From contig CAWCFX010000006.1 in NCBI GenBank assembly GCA_963795085.1, positions 192,001 through 256,000 on the forward strand: a stretch of 64,000 bases of DNA. Reading direction: 5' to 3'. The stretch's first letter is position 1. Every line of letters starts with the position of its first letter. Source of the stretch: an uncultured Gemmatimonadales bacterium. Lineage in GTDB: Bacteria; Gemmatimonadota; Gemmatimonadetes; Gemmatimonadales; GWC2-71-9. The notes below the pieces were generated by a model. It ran no database searches, was not told where the DNA came from, and was given only the letters and a program-made list of their open reading frames with translations. The position numbers were made by a program, and so were the translations under genes. This document shows positions 37,881-49,810 of the stretch, piece after piece.

Positions 37881-38796
37881 TTCTCAGGTATTGCTCCACA
37901 TCGTGGATCCCGTAGAGCAGCCGGTCCCACCGCGCATCGGGGGTGCTCAGCGGGGCCCGCTCGGCCAGCAGCCAGCGGCTGATCCGGTCCGCCATGGCGA
38001 TGGTCTCCGGGGCGGCGCGGGCCTCGACCCGGATCAGGCCGTGAAAGAGGTCATGGCCTTCCCAGGGCCAGAGCCGGAGCGCCCAGGAATAGACCGGCGC
38101 CACCTGGCTCTTGGTCGGCGCGAACACCGGGGAGCGGTGGCCGCAGGGAAGGCGGAGATACTGCTCCAGGTCCTGCCCTTCGAAGGGCAGGATGGAATGG
38201 CTCTTCACGATTCCCAGCGTCCGGGGGCTCGCGGCCCAGTCGGGAGATTCGGAGAGCGATCCGTCCACCACCAGCCACCCATCCTGGGGAATCTCGTACC
38301 CGGTGCTGGCGCGGCGCTCCAGCCGTCCCCGTTCCCGGTCCACGATCCGGCGGACCGCCATGAGGTCACGGATCGGGTGCACCGGCCCCTCGTCCTCCAG
38401 GGTGATCCGCTCCATGCCCTCGAGGGCATCGCCCGCCCTCACGAGCGGCACTTCCCGGCCCACCGCGAGGGAGGCCGATAGACGGGCCACCGTGTGGAGC
38501 CGGCGGTCGCGCCGTTCCCGCACCGCGGCCGCGATGGTGGCGATCACCAGGGGCGCCGCGCCGGCGTGCGCGACGATGTCATAGCGCTGGATGCCGTCGA
38601 GAAACGCGACCGGGCCGGGCCACGGCTCGGCGGCACCGGCCGGCATCGCGCGGACGGAACCGCCTTCCACCAGCCGGGCCGGCCGGATCGCGGCCTCCTC
38701 GGCGCGGCCCTGGCTTGCCTCGGGGATCCAGCTGGCCGGCGTCAGGCCGCGGGCGGCAACCGCATTCCGAATTCTGTTGAGGGATTGGACGTTCAG
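37867..38796 (-). CDS. nurA: NurA-like nuclease (RNase H fold); start uncertain (CTG 38796 or GTG 38670)
   Basis: PVAFLDG, WLVVDGSL, GIVKSH, LYGIHDVEQYL acidic motifs; immediately upstream of herA; frame stays open to a CTG preceded by GGAG. Confidence 0.72.
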   Translation of the reverse strand: MNVQSLNRIRNAVAARGLTPASWIPEASQGRAEEAAIRPARLVEGGSVRAMPAGAAEPWPGPVAFLDGIQRYDIVAHAGAAPLVIATIAAAVRERRDRRLHTVARLSASLAVGREVPLVRAGDALEGMERITLEDEGPVHPIRDLMAVRRIVDRERGRLERRASTGYEIPQDGWLVVDGSLSESPDWAASPRTLGIVKSHSILPFEGQDLEQYLRLPCGHRSPVFAPTKSQVAPVYSWALRLWPWEGHDLFHGLIRVEARAAPETIAMADRISRWLLAERAPLSTPDARWDRLLYGIHDVEQYLRSSEH

Positions 38797-38809
38797 CGAA
38801 AGCTCCGGT

Positions 38810-39328
38810 TCAGCCGATCTCGAAGTCCCGTTCGCCCGGGAACGGCGGCACGCTGGTGAGCCAGAACCCGGCGATCCGGCGCTTGGCGTCCACCTCGACC
38901 AGGAGCGTGTCGGCGATGCGCACCACCTCCACGTCGCGGCGGGTCCCGATCCGCAGGTGAAAGACCGACTCCCCGGCGTCGGTGGAAACCGAAAGTGTCG
39001 TATCCACCTCCAGCGAGGCGATGCCCGGCTGGGAGGCGCGGCTGGGGATGATCACCCGGCCATCCTGGTACCGGGTCGGCGGCGTCAGTCCCGGCACCGT
39101 AGAGACTTCGGGCCAGACCACGACGTCGATCCCGCGCACGATCCCGCCGGCCACGTCCACCACCGCGATGGACCCTTCATCGTCGGTCAGTTCGACGGTC
39201 CCGGTGAGCCCGCCCGCCTTGTCCTTGCCCTTGAAGGACCCGGCCAGGATATCGGTTTCGGCATCCCATTTCCAGGTGATGGACGGAAGCTTTCCGCTGA
39301 GCGGCTCGATCCGGGCATCCAGTGACAT
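38810..39328 (-). CDS. Hypothetical protein, probably tandem DUF2283-like domains
   Basis: WKWDAETDIL..VVDVAGGIVRGIDVV and STDAGESVFHLRIG..LLVEVDAKRRIAGFWL. Confidence 0.6.
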   Translation of the reverse strand: MSLDARIEPLSGKLPSITWKWDAETDILAGSFKGKDKAGGLTGTVELTDDEGSIAVVDVAGGIVRGIDVVVWPEVSTVPGLTPPTRYQDGRVIIPSRASQPGIASLEVDTTLSVSTDAGESVFHLRIGTRRDVEVVRIADTLLVEVDAKRRIAGFWLTSVPPFPGERDFEIG

Positions 39329-39334
39329 GTGACC

Positions 39335-40547
39335 TCAGGCAGCGCGTGCCGACGAGAGATGCTTGATGTACCCGATGATGCGGTCCAGCGCCTGTTCCAG
39401 CTCCTGGTCCGACACCGAGTAGCTGAGCCGGACCCAGCGGTCGTCGCCGAAGGCGCCGCCCGGCACCAGGGCGACGCCTTCCTTCTGCATGAGGCCTTCG
39501 CAGAAAGCCTGCCCGGTGACCGGGGTTCCGGGCACGATGCCGTCCACCCGGAAGAAGAAGTAGAAGGCACCGTGCGGTTCCACGTATTCGACGCCGGGGA
39601 CCTCGCCCCGGAAGCGGGAGACCACCCGGTCCCGGCGGGCCCGAAAGGCGGCAACCATGCGCTGTACGTCCTGCTCCACCCGCTCGTCGGTGAACGCCGT
39701 CGCGGCGGCCCACTGGGCCGGGTGGTTGGCGCCGGTGGTGGTGTGCGACTGGAGCGCCGCCATCGCCTTGGTCAGGTGCGCCGGGGCCAGTGCAGCCCCG
39801 ATCCGGAGCCCGGTCATCGCGTAGGCCTTGCTGGCACCGTAAATCACCACGGCGCGTTCCAGCAGCTCGTCCGGCAGGTCGAGGAAGGAGGCCGCCGGGC
39901 CAGGGCCATAGTTGATCCTGCCGGTAGATTTCGTCGGCAATGATCCACACCTCGTGTTTCCGGGCCCACTCCGCGATGGCCCGCAGCTCGGTGAGGGTAT
40001 AGACCGCGCCGGTGGGATTGCAGGGCGAGCAGAGGATCAGGCCCCGCACCAGCCGGTCAGTGTGGCGCTCCAGGTCGGCGACGCTCACCTTGAGCCCCCA
40101 CTCGACGTCGCCCGGTACCGGCACCGGCTCCGCCCGGCAGAGATGCACGATCTGGGGATACGACACCCAGGCCGGCGAGGGGATCAGGACCTTGTCCTTG
40201 GGCCCGAACAGACAGAAGCAGGCGTTGAAGATGGATTGCTTCGACCCGGAGCTGACCACGATGTTGTCCGGATTGACGGCGCGCCCGCCGGAGAGCAGCG
40301 AAAGGTTCCGGGCGATCCCGGCGCGGAGGTCGAGGATGCCGACGTTGGGCGGATATCGGGTCATCCCCCGCTGCATCGCCTGGCTCTCGGCCTGCGCCGC
40401 CGCCTGGGGCATATCGAAATCGGGTTCGCCGACCCCGAGGTCGAGGACGTTCTCCCCCGCTGCCTTCCGCCGCTTGGCCTCGTTGCTGATCGCCACCGTT
40501 TCGGAGGCCTTGAGATAGCCGATGTTGGAGGACAGCTGGTCGGGCAT
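39335..40547 (-). pseudogene. aspC: Class I/II PLP aminotransferase (AspC-like) with one frameshift near 39920, possibly an assembly error
   Basis: LGVGEPDF, GSKQ, PCNPTG, IIADEIY in one frame; GASKAYAMTGLRIG, PHGAFY, PGGAFG..VRLSY in the next. Confidence 0.85.
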
Positions 40548-40693
40548 GTCGGGTCCGGAGAAGGGGAAATGCGCGTTACCCGCCGTAAACTTGAGGCCCC
40601 GCCGAGCGATGTCAACTCTGGCCCCGCGTGGCTTCCGGGATTACGTTGCCGCGGCAGGAATGTCTCCGCACTTCTTTGAAAACTGAGGCTGTG

Positions 40694-42139
40694 ATGTCAG
40701 GGTATTCCGCACTGCATGTATCCGATCCGGCGGGGACGGCGCTGGCGCGCTTTGGACTGGCCCCCACCGATCCGCAACTGGGCGACATCGTGCCGACGGC
40801 GGCACGCGGCAACAACCTGGTCGTGGTAGCGCCGCCCGCGGCGATCCACGCGATTCCCGGGCTGGTGGGCGCCATCAGCGCCTACGCCCGGCAGAGCACC
40901 GGCGTTCTGCTGGTCCTGGTTCCCGAGCCGGCCCTGGCCGAATGGGAGGCGGTAGTCACCTCGGTCGGCCGCAGCACCGGCCACACCGTCCACGCCGCCC
41001 GCACCCTCGCCCGCGCCAGCCGGTTGCTGCAGTCCGGATCGGTGCACATCCTGGTCGCGGCTCCCGAGACCGCGCTGGCGCTGACCGAGCGATCGGTCCT
41101 CAAGGCGGACCGGGTCGCCGGGATCTTCCTGGCGTGGCCCGAACTCTGGGAATCGGAAACAGCGCTCGCCCCCCTCATGCAGGATATCGGTCATGATGTC
41201 CCCCGGGTGATCTATACCGCCGAACCCGGGCGGGTCGCCGGCCTGGTGGAGCGCTACGCCCGCCGGGCCCATACCGCCGGCCCCGCAACCAGCGAGATGG
41301 CCGGCGAAGCCTCCCCTCCGGCCGGCTCAAAACCGGGCACCGTTCGGCTGGTGAGTGTCGGCTGGCAGCAGCGCCAGCATGCCCTCCAGGACACCCTCGA
41401 ACTGCTGGACCCCGCTACCTGCGCCGTCTGGACCCTGAGCCCCGATCCCGATTTTGTCCCCGCCCTGCCCCCCGGAACCCAGCTGGCCGTGCGCCAGGTC
41501 CCGGCCCCCGGCCTCACCATCGCCTACGATATTCCCGCGGCGGCGCAGCTTGCCCAGCTCACCGCCGTCGGCGATGTAGTCCTGCTGGTCCCGCCGACGG
41601 CCCTGGCCTGGGTCCGGCGGGTGGTGCCGGAGGCCAGGGTCCTCCGGCTGGCCGGCGCTTCCGATGCCACGGCCCGGGCCGTCCAGGCCCGCCGGCAACG
41701 GGTCGCCGGGATGATCGACGGGGGCTCCGGCGAGCGGGGATTGCTGGCGCTGGCGCCGCTGTTCGAGCGGCACGATCCGGCCCTCATCGCCGCGGTCCTG
41801 TACGAGTTGTGGCAGGAGCAGCCGGGAGCCCCGGCGGCGCCCGCCCCCGCCACCCCGACCGGGGCGGACGTCATGAGCGCGGCCACCGCACGGATCTGGG
41901 TCGGCGTCGGCAAAAAGGACAGCGCCACCCCCAACGATTTTGTCGGTGTGCTGACGAAGGAACTGGGCTACGAGCGCGGGAAGATCGGCAAGATCGAGGT
42001 GCGGGAGCTGTATTCGCTGGTCGAAGTGCCGGCGGTGGAAGCGGAAGAGGTGGCGGGCCGGCTCAACGGGGTAACCATCCGGCGCCGGCGGGTGACCGCC
42101 CGGATTGACCGGGGCGGAAAGGTCCGCAGCGAGCGGTAG
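40694..42139 (+). CDS. Degenerate DEAD-box-helicase-like protein with a C-terminal DbpA/DeaD RNA-binding domain
   Basis: C-terminal RIWVGVGKKDSATPNDFVGVL..IGKIEVRELYSLVEVP; helicase-like scaffold lacking GKT and DEAD. Confidence 0.72.
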   Translation: MSGYSALHVSDPAGTALARFGLAPTDPQLGDIVPTAARGNNLVVVAPPAAIHAIPGLVGAISAYARQSTGVLLVLVPEPALAEWEAVVTSVGRSTGHTVHAARTLARASRLLQSGSVHILVAAPETALALTERSVLKADRVAGIFLAWPELWESETALAPLMQDIGHDVPRVIYTAEPGRVAGLVERYARRAHTAGPATSEMAGEASPPAGSKPGTVRLVSVGWQQRQHALQDTLELLDPATCAVWTLSPDPDFVPALPPGTQLAVRQVPAPGLTIAYDIPAAAQLAQLTAVGDVVLLVPPTALAWVRRVVPEARVLRLAGASDATARAVQARRQRVAGMIDGGSGERGLLALAPLFERHDPALIAAVLYELWQEQPGAPAAPAPATPTGADVMSAATARIWVGVGKKDSATPNDFVGVLTKELGYERGKIGKIEVRELYSLVEVPAVEAEEVAGRLNGVTIRRRRVTARIDRGGKVRSER

Positions 42140-42143
42140 ACAG

Positions 42144-42434
42144 CTACTTCTTGCGGTTCACCAGGTCCTTGAGCCCCTTCCCGGCGCGGAATGCGGGCAC
42201 CGTCGAGGCCTTGATGCTGATACCTTCCCCGGTGTGCGGATCGCGGCCACGGCGAGGCGCCCGCCGCCGGGTTTCGAAGTTGCCGAACCCGGTGATCTGC
42301 ACCTTGCCACCCTTGCGCAGTTCCTGGCTGATGAGACCGGTCGGCCCGAAGATATGGTCCACGACGCCGGCGGCGTGCGTCTTGGTCGTGGCGAGCCGTT
42401 TGGCGAGGGCGACCACCAGGTCCTGCTTGTTCAC
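42144..42434 (-). CDS. hup: HU family DNA-binding protein
   Basis: MNKQDLV, VQITGFGNF, RRGRDPHTGE, PAFRAGKGLK. Confidence 0.95.
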   Translation of the reverse strand: MNKQDLVVALAKRLATTKTHAAGVVDHIFGPTGLISQELRKGGKVQITGFGNFETRRRAPRRGRDPHTGEGISIKASTVPAFRAGKGLKDLVNRKK

Positions 42435-42548
42435 GCAGACTCCTTGCGCGGGGATATCGAGGGGCGGGCCGAAGAATATGAGACCCTACCCCGCGTTGGG
42501 CAAGATGCGTATGTTGATCCCTCACCCCACCACCCTGCACCCTCGTGA

Positions 42549-43157
42549 ATGATGTATCACGGATCCCGCCCCGGCTCCATTGAGATCATTTGTGGCGTGA
42601 TGTTCAGCGGCAAGAGCGAGGAACTCATCCGGCGGGTCCGTCGCGGGGTCATCGCGCGGCGCCGGGTGCAGGTCTTCAAATCGCATCTGGACTCCCGCTA
42701 CACCGGGGTCTTCAGCGTGGCCAGCCACGATGGCGCCGAGTTCGAGGCGGCGCCGGTGGACAGTGCGGCTGAGATCTTCCGGCTGGCCCGCGCCGACACC
42801 GAGATCCTCGCGGTGGACGAAGTCCAGTTCATGGACGCCGCCATCCTGGAAGTCGCTACCCAGCTGGCCGCCCGGGGACTCCGGGTGATCCTGGCGGGCA
42901 CCGATACCGATTTCCGCGGGGAGCCGTTCGGCCCCATGGGCGACCTCATGGCCATCGCCGAGCAGGTGGACAAGCTCAACGCCATCTGCGTGGTGTGCGG
43001 CGACCTGGCCTGCCGCAACCAGCGGCTGGTCAACGGCCGGCCCGCCCGTTACGACTCGCCCACGATCATGGTCGGCGGCCGGGAGAGCTACGAAGCCCGC
43101 TGCCGGCATTGCCACCGGGTGCCCAGGCAGGATGAAGACCAGACGGCCATGCTGTAA
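42549..43157 (+). CDS. tdk: Thymidine kinase
   Basis: [42 protein letters not shown]. Confidence 0.97.
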   Translation: MMYHGSRPGSIEIICGVMFSGKSEELIRRVRRGVIARRRVQVFKSHLDSRYTGVFSVASHDGAEFEAAPVDSAAEIFRLARADTEILAVDEVQFMDAAILEVATQLAARGLRVILAGTDTDFRGEPFGPMGDLMAIAEQVDKLNAICVVCGDLACRNQRLVNGRPARYDSPTIMVGGRESYEARCRHCHRVPRQDEDQTAML

Positions 43158-43240
43158 CAGGGGGCAAGCGGGCGAGAGGGCCAGGGGGCCAATGGCTCAG
43201 GGAGCCCTTGCCCCCGCGCCCCCTGGCCCCCTGGCCCCCT
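43158..43240. repeat. 8-bp CCAGGGGG / CCCCCTGG inverted repeat cluster
   Basis: G-rich arm followed by C-rich arm between tdk and coaE. Confidence 0.7.
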
Positions 43241-43247
43241 TCGCCTC

Positions 43248-43865
43248 ATGCTGAACATCGCCCTCACCGGCAACATCGCCGCCGGCAAGTCCACCGTCGT
43301 GGACCTCTTCCGCCGGTGGGGCGCCACCGTGATCGACGCCGACCAGCTGGTGCGCAAGGCCCAGAAGCCGGGCACCGAGGTCATGCAGGCCATCGCGTTC
43401 CGGTTCGGGCGCGACGTGATCCTGCCCGGGGGCGAGCTGGACCGGAAAGCACTCCGCGGCAAGGTCATGGGCGATGATGCCGCGCTGGCCGACCTCAACG
43501 CCATCGTGCACCCCGCCGTGCAGCGGGAACGGAACCGGCTCCTCGCCCTGGCCCGGCAGCGGGGCGACCGCATCGCAATCAACGATATTCCGCTGCTGTT
43601 CGAAGCGGCCGACCCCGCCGAGTTCGACGCGATCATCCTGGTGGACGCCCCCGAGGCGATCCGGTTCGAGCGCCTGGTCCAGTCCCGCGGCATGACGGAG
43701 GCCGCCGCCATGGCCGCCATCCGGGCCCAGCAGAAACCGGAAGCCAAAAGGCCCCTGAGCGATTTCATCATCGAGAACGGCGGCTCCCTCGCCCAGCTGG
43801 AGGAGCGGGCCCGGGCCGTCTGGGGGGAGCTGGAACGCCGGCCGGACCCCGGCGGCCGTCCTTGA
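43248..43865 (+). CDS. coaE: Dephospho-CoA kinase
   Basis: ALTGNIAAGKSTV, VIDAD, LNAIVHP, DIPLLFE. Confidence 0.96.
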   Translation: MLNIALTGNIAAGKSTVVDLFRRWGATVIDADQLVRKAQKPGTEVMQAIAFRFGRDVILPGGELDRKALRGKVMGDDAALADLNAIVHPAVQRERNRLLALARQRGDRIAINDIPLLFEAADPAEFDAIILVDAPEAIRFERLVQSRGMTEAAAMAAIRAQQKPEAKRPLSDFIIENGGSLAQLEERARAVWGELERRPDPGGRP

Positions 43866-43920
43866 TTTCCGGCTCCGCCGGTTCTATTCTCACCCCGCCC
43901 GCCATACCTGGAGACCTGCC

Positions 43921-44310
43921 TTGGCCAACATCCCCGAGAACCTGCTTTATACGCAGGATCACGAATACGTCCGCAAGACCGACGACCCCGCCGTCGTGGT
44001 CGTGGGCATCACCGATTACGCCCAGGGCGAACTGGGCGATGTCGTCTTTGTGAACCTGCCCAAGCCGGGCGACCAGGTCGCCGCCCACTCCGTCTTCGGC
44101 ACCATCGAAGCCGTGAAGGCGGTGTCCGAGCTTTTTTCCCCGCTGGCCGGAGAGGTCATGGAGGTCAATGGCGCGCTGGATGGCAGCCCCGACCTCGTCA
44201 ATCGCGATCCCTACGGTGAAGGCTGGATGATCAAGCTCAAGGTCAGCAACCCGGGCGACATGAACGCCCTGATGGCGCCCTCCGCCTACCGGACCCAGAT
44301 CGGCGCCTGA
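43921..44310 (+). CDS. gcvH: Glycine cleavage system H protein
   Basis: GITDYAQGELGDVVFV, IEAVKAVSE lipoyl-lysine, DPYGEGW; TTG start with GGAG RBS. Confidence 0.97.
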   Translation: MANIPENLLYTQDHEYVRKTDDPAVVVVGITDYAQGELGDVVFVNLPKPGDQVAAHSVFGTIEAVKAVSELFSPLAGEVMEVNGALDGSPDLVNRDPYGEGWMIKLKVSNPGDMNALMAPSAYRTQIGA

Positions 44311-44334
44311 GCGGCGCCGGCCCAGCGTTACCAG

Positions 44335-44366
44335 CGCCCCGAGGCCGGCTCGGGGCGTTTATCTTT
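44335..44366 (+). terminator. Hairpin / possible intrinsic terminator between gcvH and gcvP
   Basis: CGCCCCGAG-gccgg-CTCGGGGCG followed by TTTATCTTT. Confidence 0.5.
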
Positions 44367-44406
44367 GGAAGTCCTCCAACCAAGTCCACGGGGTCAAGGA
44401 AGCAAC

Positions 44407-47337
<2,931 letters not shown>

Positions 47338-48166
47338 GACGAAGTGAGTCTCCCTGGTCCCTGCTGGTAGATCCCCCGCGTCCCGGGTGGGAGAACATGG
47401 CGCGGGATCAGGCCCTGCTGGACCTGGCGGACACGAATCACATCGCCGTGCTCCGCCTGTACCGCTGGACCCCATCCTGCATCTCGTTCGGCCGGCACGA
47501 GCCCGCCCGGCGCCGCTACGACCGGCCTGCCATCACCCGCCGGGGCCTGGATTGCGTGCGCCGCCCCACCGGGGGCCGCGCCGTGTGGCACGCCCGTGAA
47601 CTGACCTATGCGGTGGCCGCACCGCTGGCCCTCTTTGGTTCGCTCCGTGACGCCTACCGCGATATCCACCTGATGCTGGCCGATGCCGTCCGCGGGCTCG
47701 GCGCGGAAGCAAGCCTGGCCGCACCCGGGGCGCGGCCACCGGGCGTGGACGCCGGCGCCTGCTTCGCCAGCCCGGTCGGCGGCGAGGTGGTGATCGCCGG
47801 CGCCAAGGTGCTGGGCAGCGCCCAGGTGCAGCAGGGCCAGGCGGTGCTGCAGCACGGCAGCCTCCTGCTGGAAGATTCCCAGGCCATCATCCATGACCTG
47901 ACCCTCGGCGCGCCCGCCGCCCCGGGGGAGCGCCCCCTGGCCGCCGTCCTGGGGCGGGCGATTTCCTTCGAGGAGGCGGCGGCGGCGGTAGAGTCCGCAG
48001 CCCGGAACTGGGCGGCCCACTGGACGCCCTGGGAGCATGAGAGCATGCTGGCCGACCGGGCCGCCGGGCACGCCGCACAGTTCCGGTCCCGGGAATGGAC
48101 CTGGAGCCGCTGACGCCCCCCCGGCAATTCATTATCTTGTCTCCACCGTTCAGAACCGGAGTTCCC

Positions 48167-49810
48167 GTGCCCCCGTTTACTATCCGGGCGGCCGCGTCCC
48201 TCGCGCTGCTGCTCGCTGCTTCCGCCAGTCCCACCGTGGCGCAGGATCGCGCCTCCGGCGCTACCCTCGTCGTTTCGGTTCCCGGCGACGTCACGACACC
48301 CATTCCCACCGTCAGCGACAACGGCACCAACTATGAAATCGTCAACCTGCTCTATCTCAGGCTGGCGGAATTGGGGCCCACGCTTTCCACCGTGGGCGAC
48401 GAAGGATTTCGCCCCATGCTGGCCCGGGAGTGGAAGCGGCGCGACTCGGTGACGCTGGCGTTCGACCTCGATCCCCGCGCGACCTGGCACGACGGGCGGC
48501 CGGTGACGGCAGCGGACGTGGTGTTCAGCTACGAGTGGGCGCGGACCACGCCGGACCATGCCCGGAGCCTGCGGCGGATTTCCTCGGTCACCGCCGAGGG
48601 CGAGCGCCGGGTGGTATTCCGGTTTACGCATCGCTATGCCGAGCAGCTCTACGACGCGACCTTCCAACTGCTGATCGTGCCGGCCCACCTGCTGGCCGCG
48701 ATTCCGCGGGATTCGCTGGCGACCTCCGGGCTGGCCCGGAACCCGGTGGGCAACGGGCCCTTTCGGTGGGTCCGGAACCAGCCGGGCCAACTGGTCGAGC
48801 TGGCCGCGTTCGAGCAGTTTTTCCTGGGCCCCCCGGCAGTCAAGCGGCTGGTTTTCCGGGTCACGCCCGATGCCGAGGCGCGGGTGAGCATGTTGCTGAG
48901 CGGCGAGGCCGATGCCGTCCAGTACCTGGCGCTCCCGGCTCAGGTCCGGGCCCGGCAGCACGAGGCGCTCGCCGTGGTGCCGGTGATCGGCTCGGGTGTC
49001 ACGTACGCGCTGTTCAATCAGAAAGCCTACGGGGACCGGAGCCAGCCCCACCCCATCCTGAGCGACGTGCAGGTGCGCCGGGCCCTCGTGGTGGCGCTCG
49101 ACCGGGAAACGATGGCGCGGGCGGTGTACGGGGGTCACGCCCGGGTTCCCGACGGCCCGGTGCCGCAGACGTTCGCGTGGGTCGGGGCCCCGCGCAACCG
49201 GGCGCCCGACGCGAATCCGGCGCGGGCGCGCCAGCTGCTGGCCGCCGCCGGGTGGCGCGATTCGGACGGCGATGGGATCCTCGACCGGAACGGCCGCCCG
49301 CTCGAACTGACGGTCAACGCGCCCAACGGGACGCCCCAGCGCCCCATGCTCGCCCAGCAGATGCAGGCCCGGTTCCGGGAAATCGGCGTCAAGCTTAACG
49401 TCCACCTCCTCGAGTTCGGGGTGTGGCTGGAACGGAGAAACCGGGGAGAATTCGATCTCGACATGTCCAGCGCCAACCTCGATCCTACGCCCTCCGGCTG
49501 GAACTGGAGCTGGAGCTGCGAAGGCGCCGGCCTGCGGGGCCGGAACGTCGGGAGCTACTGCAATCCGCGGGTGGACTCTCTGCTCGCCCGCGCCGCTACG
49601 GCCAAAGACCCGGTGCCCGTCTACCGCGAGATTCTCGAGACGATCCGGGCTGATGTACCCGCCATCTTCCTGGCCGCCCCGTCGGCGGTCGTCGCGGTGC
49701 ACAAGCGGTTCGATCCCCGGCCCTTCCGGGCCGAGTCGCCGTGGCTCTCCCTCCGCGAGTGGAAAGTGAAACCGGCCGCCCCGCGCGACCGGAGCCGCGG
49801 AGCCGACTGA
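48167..49810 (+). CDS. Peptide ABC transporter substrate-binding protein (OppA/DppA family)
   Basis: GGAG RBS and GTG; signal peptide; ATWHDGRPVTAADVVFSY, PVGNGPF, VRRAL..ALDR. Confidence 0.92.
   Translation: MPPFTIRAAASLALLLAASASPTVAQDRASGATLVVSVPGDVTTPIPTVSDNGTNYEIVNLLYLRLAELGPTLSTVGDEGFRPMLAREWKRRDSVTLAFDLDPRATWHDGRPVTAADVVFSYEWARTTPDHARSLRRISSVTAEGERRVVFRFTHRYAEQLYDATFQLLIVPAHLLAAIPRDSLATSGLARNPVGNGPFRWVRNQPGQLVELAAFEQFFLGPPAVKRLVFRVTPDAEARVSMLLSGEADAVQYLALPAQVRARQHEALAVVPVIGSGVTYALFNQKAYGDRSQPHPILSDVQVRRALVVALDRETMARAVYGGHARVPDGPVPQTFAWVGAPRNRAPDANPARARQLLAAAGWRDSDGDGILDRNGRPLELTVNAPNGTPQRPMLAQQMQARFREIGVKLNVHLLEFGVWLERRNRGEFDLDMSSANLDPTPSGWNWSWSCEGAGLRGRNVGSYCNPRVDSLLARAATAKDPVPVYREILETIRADVPAIFLAAPSAVVAVHKRFDPRPFRAESPWLSLREWKVKPAAPRDRSRGAD

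Noticed and set aside
43866..44406. Glycine riboswitch near gcvH/gcvP
   Set aside because: Intergenic gaps are too short and lack recognisable tandem aptamer motifs
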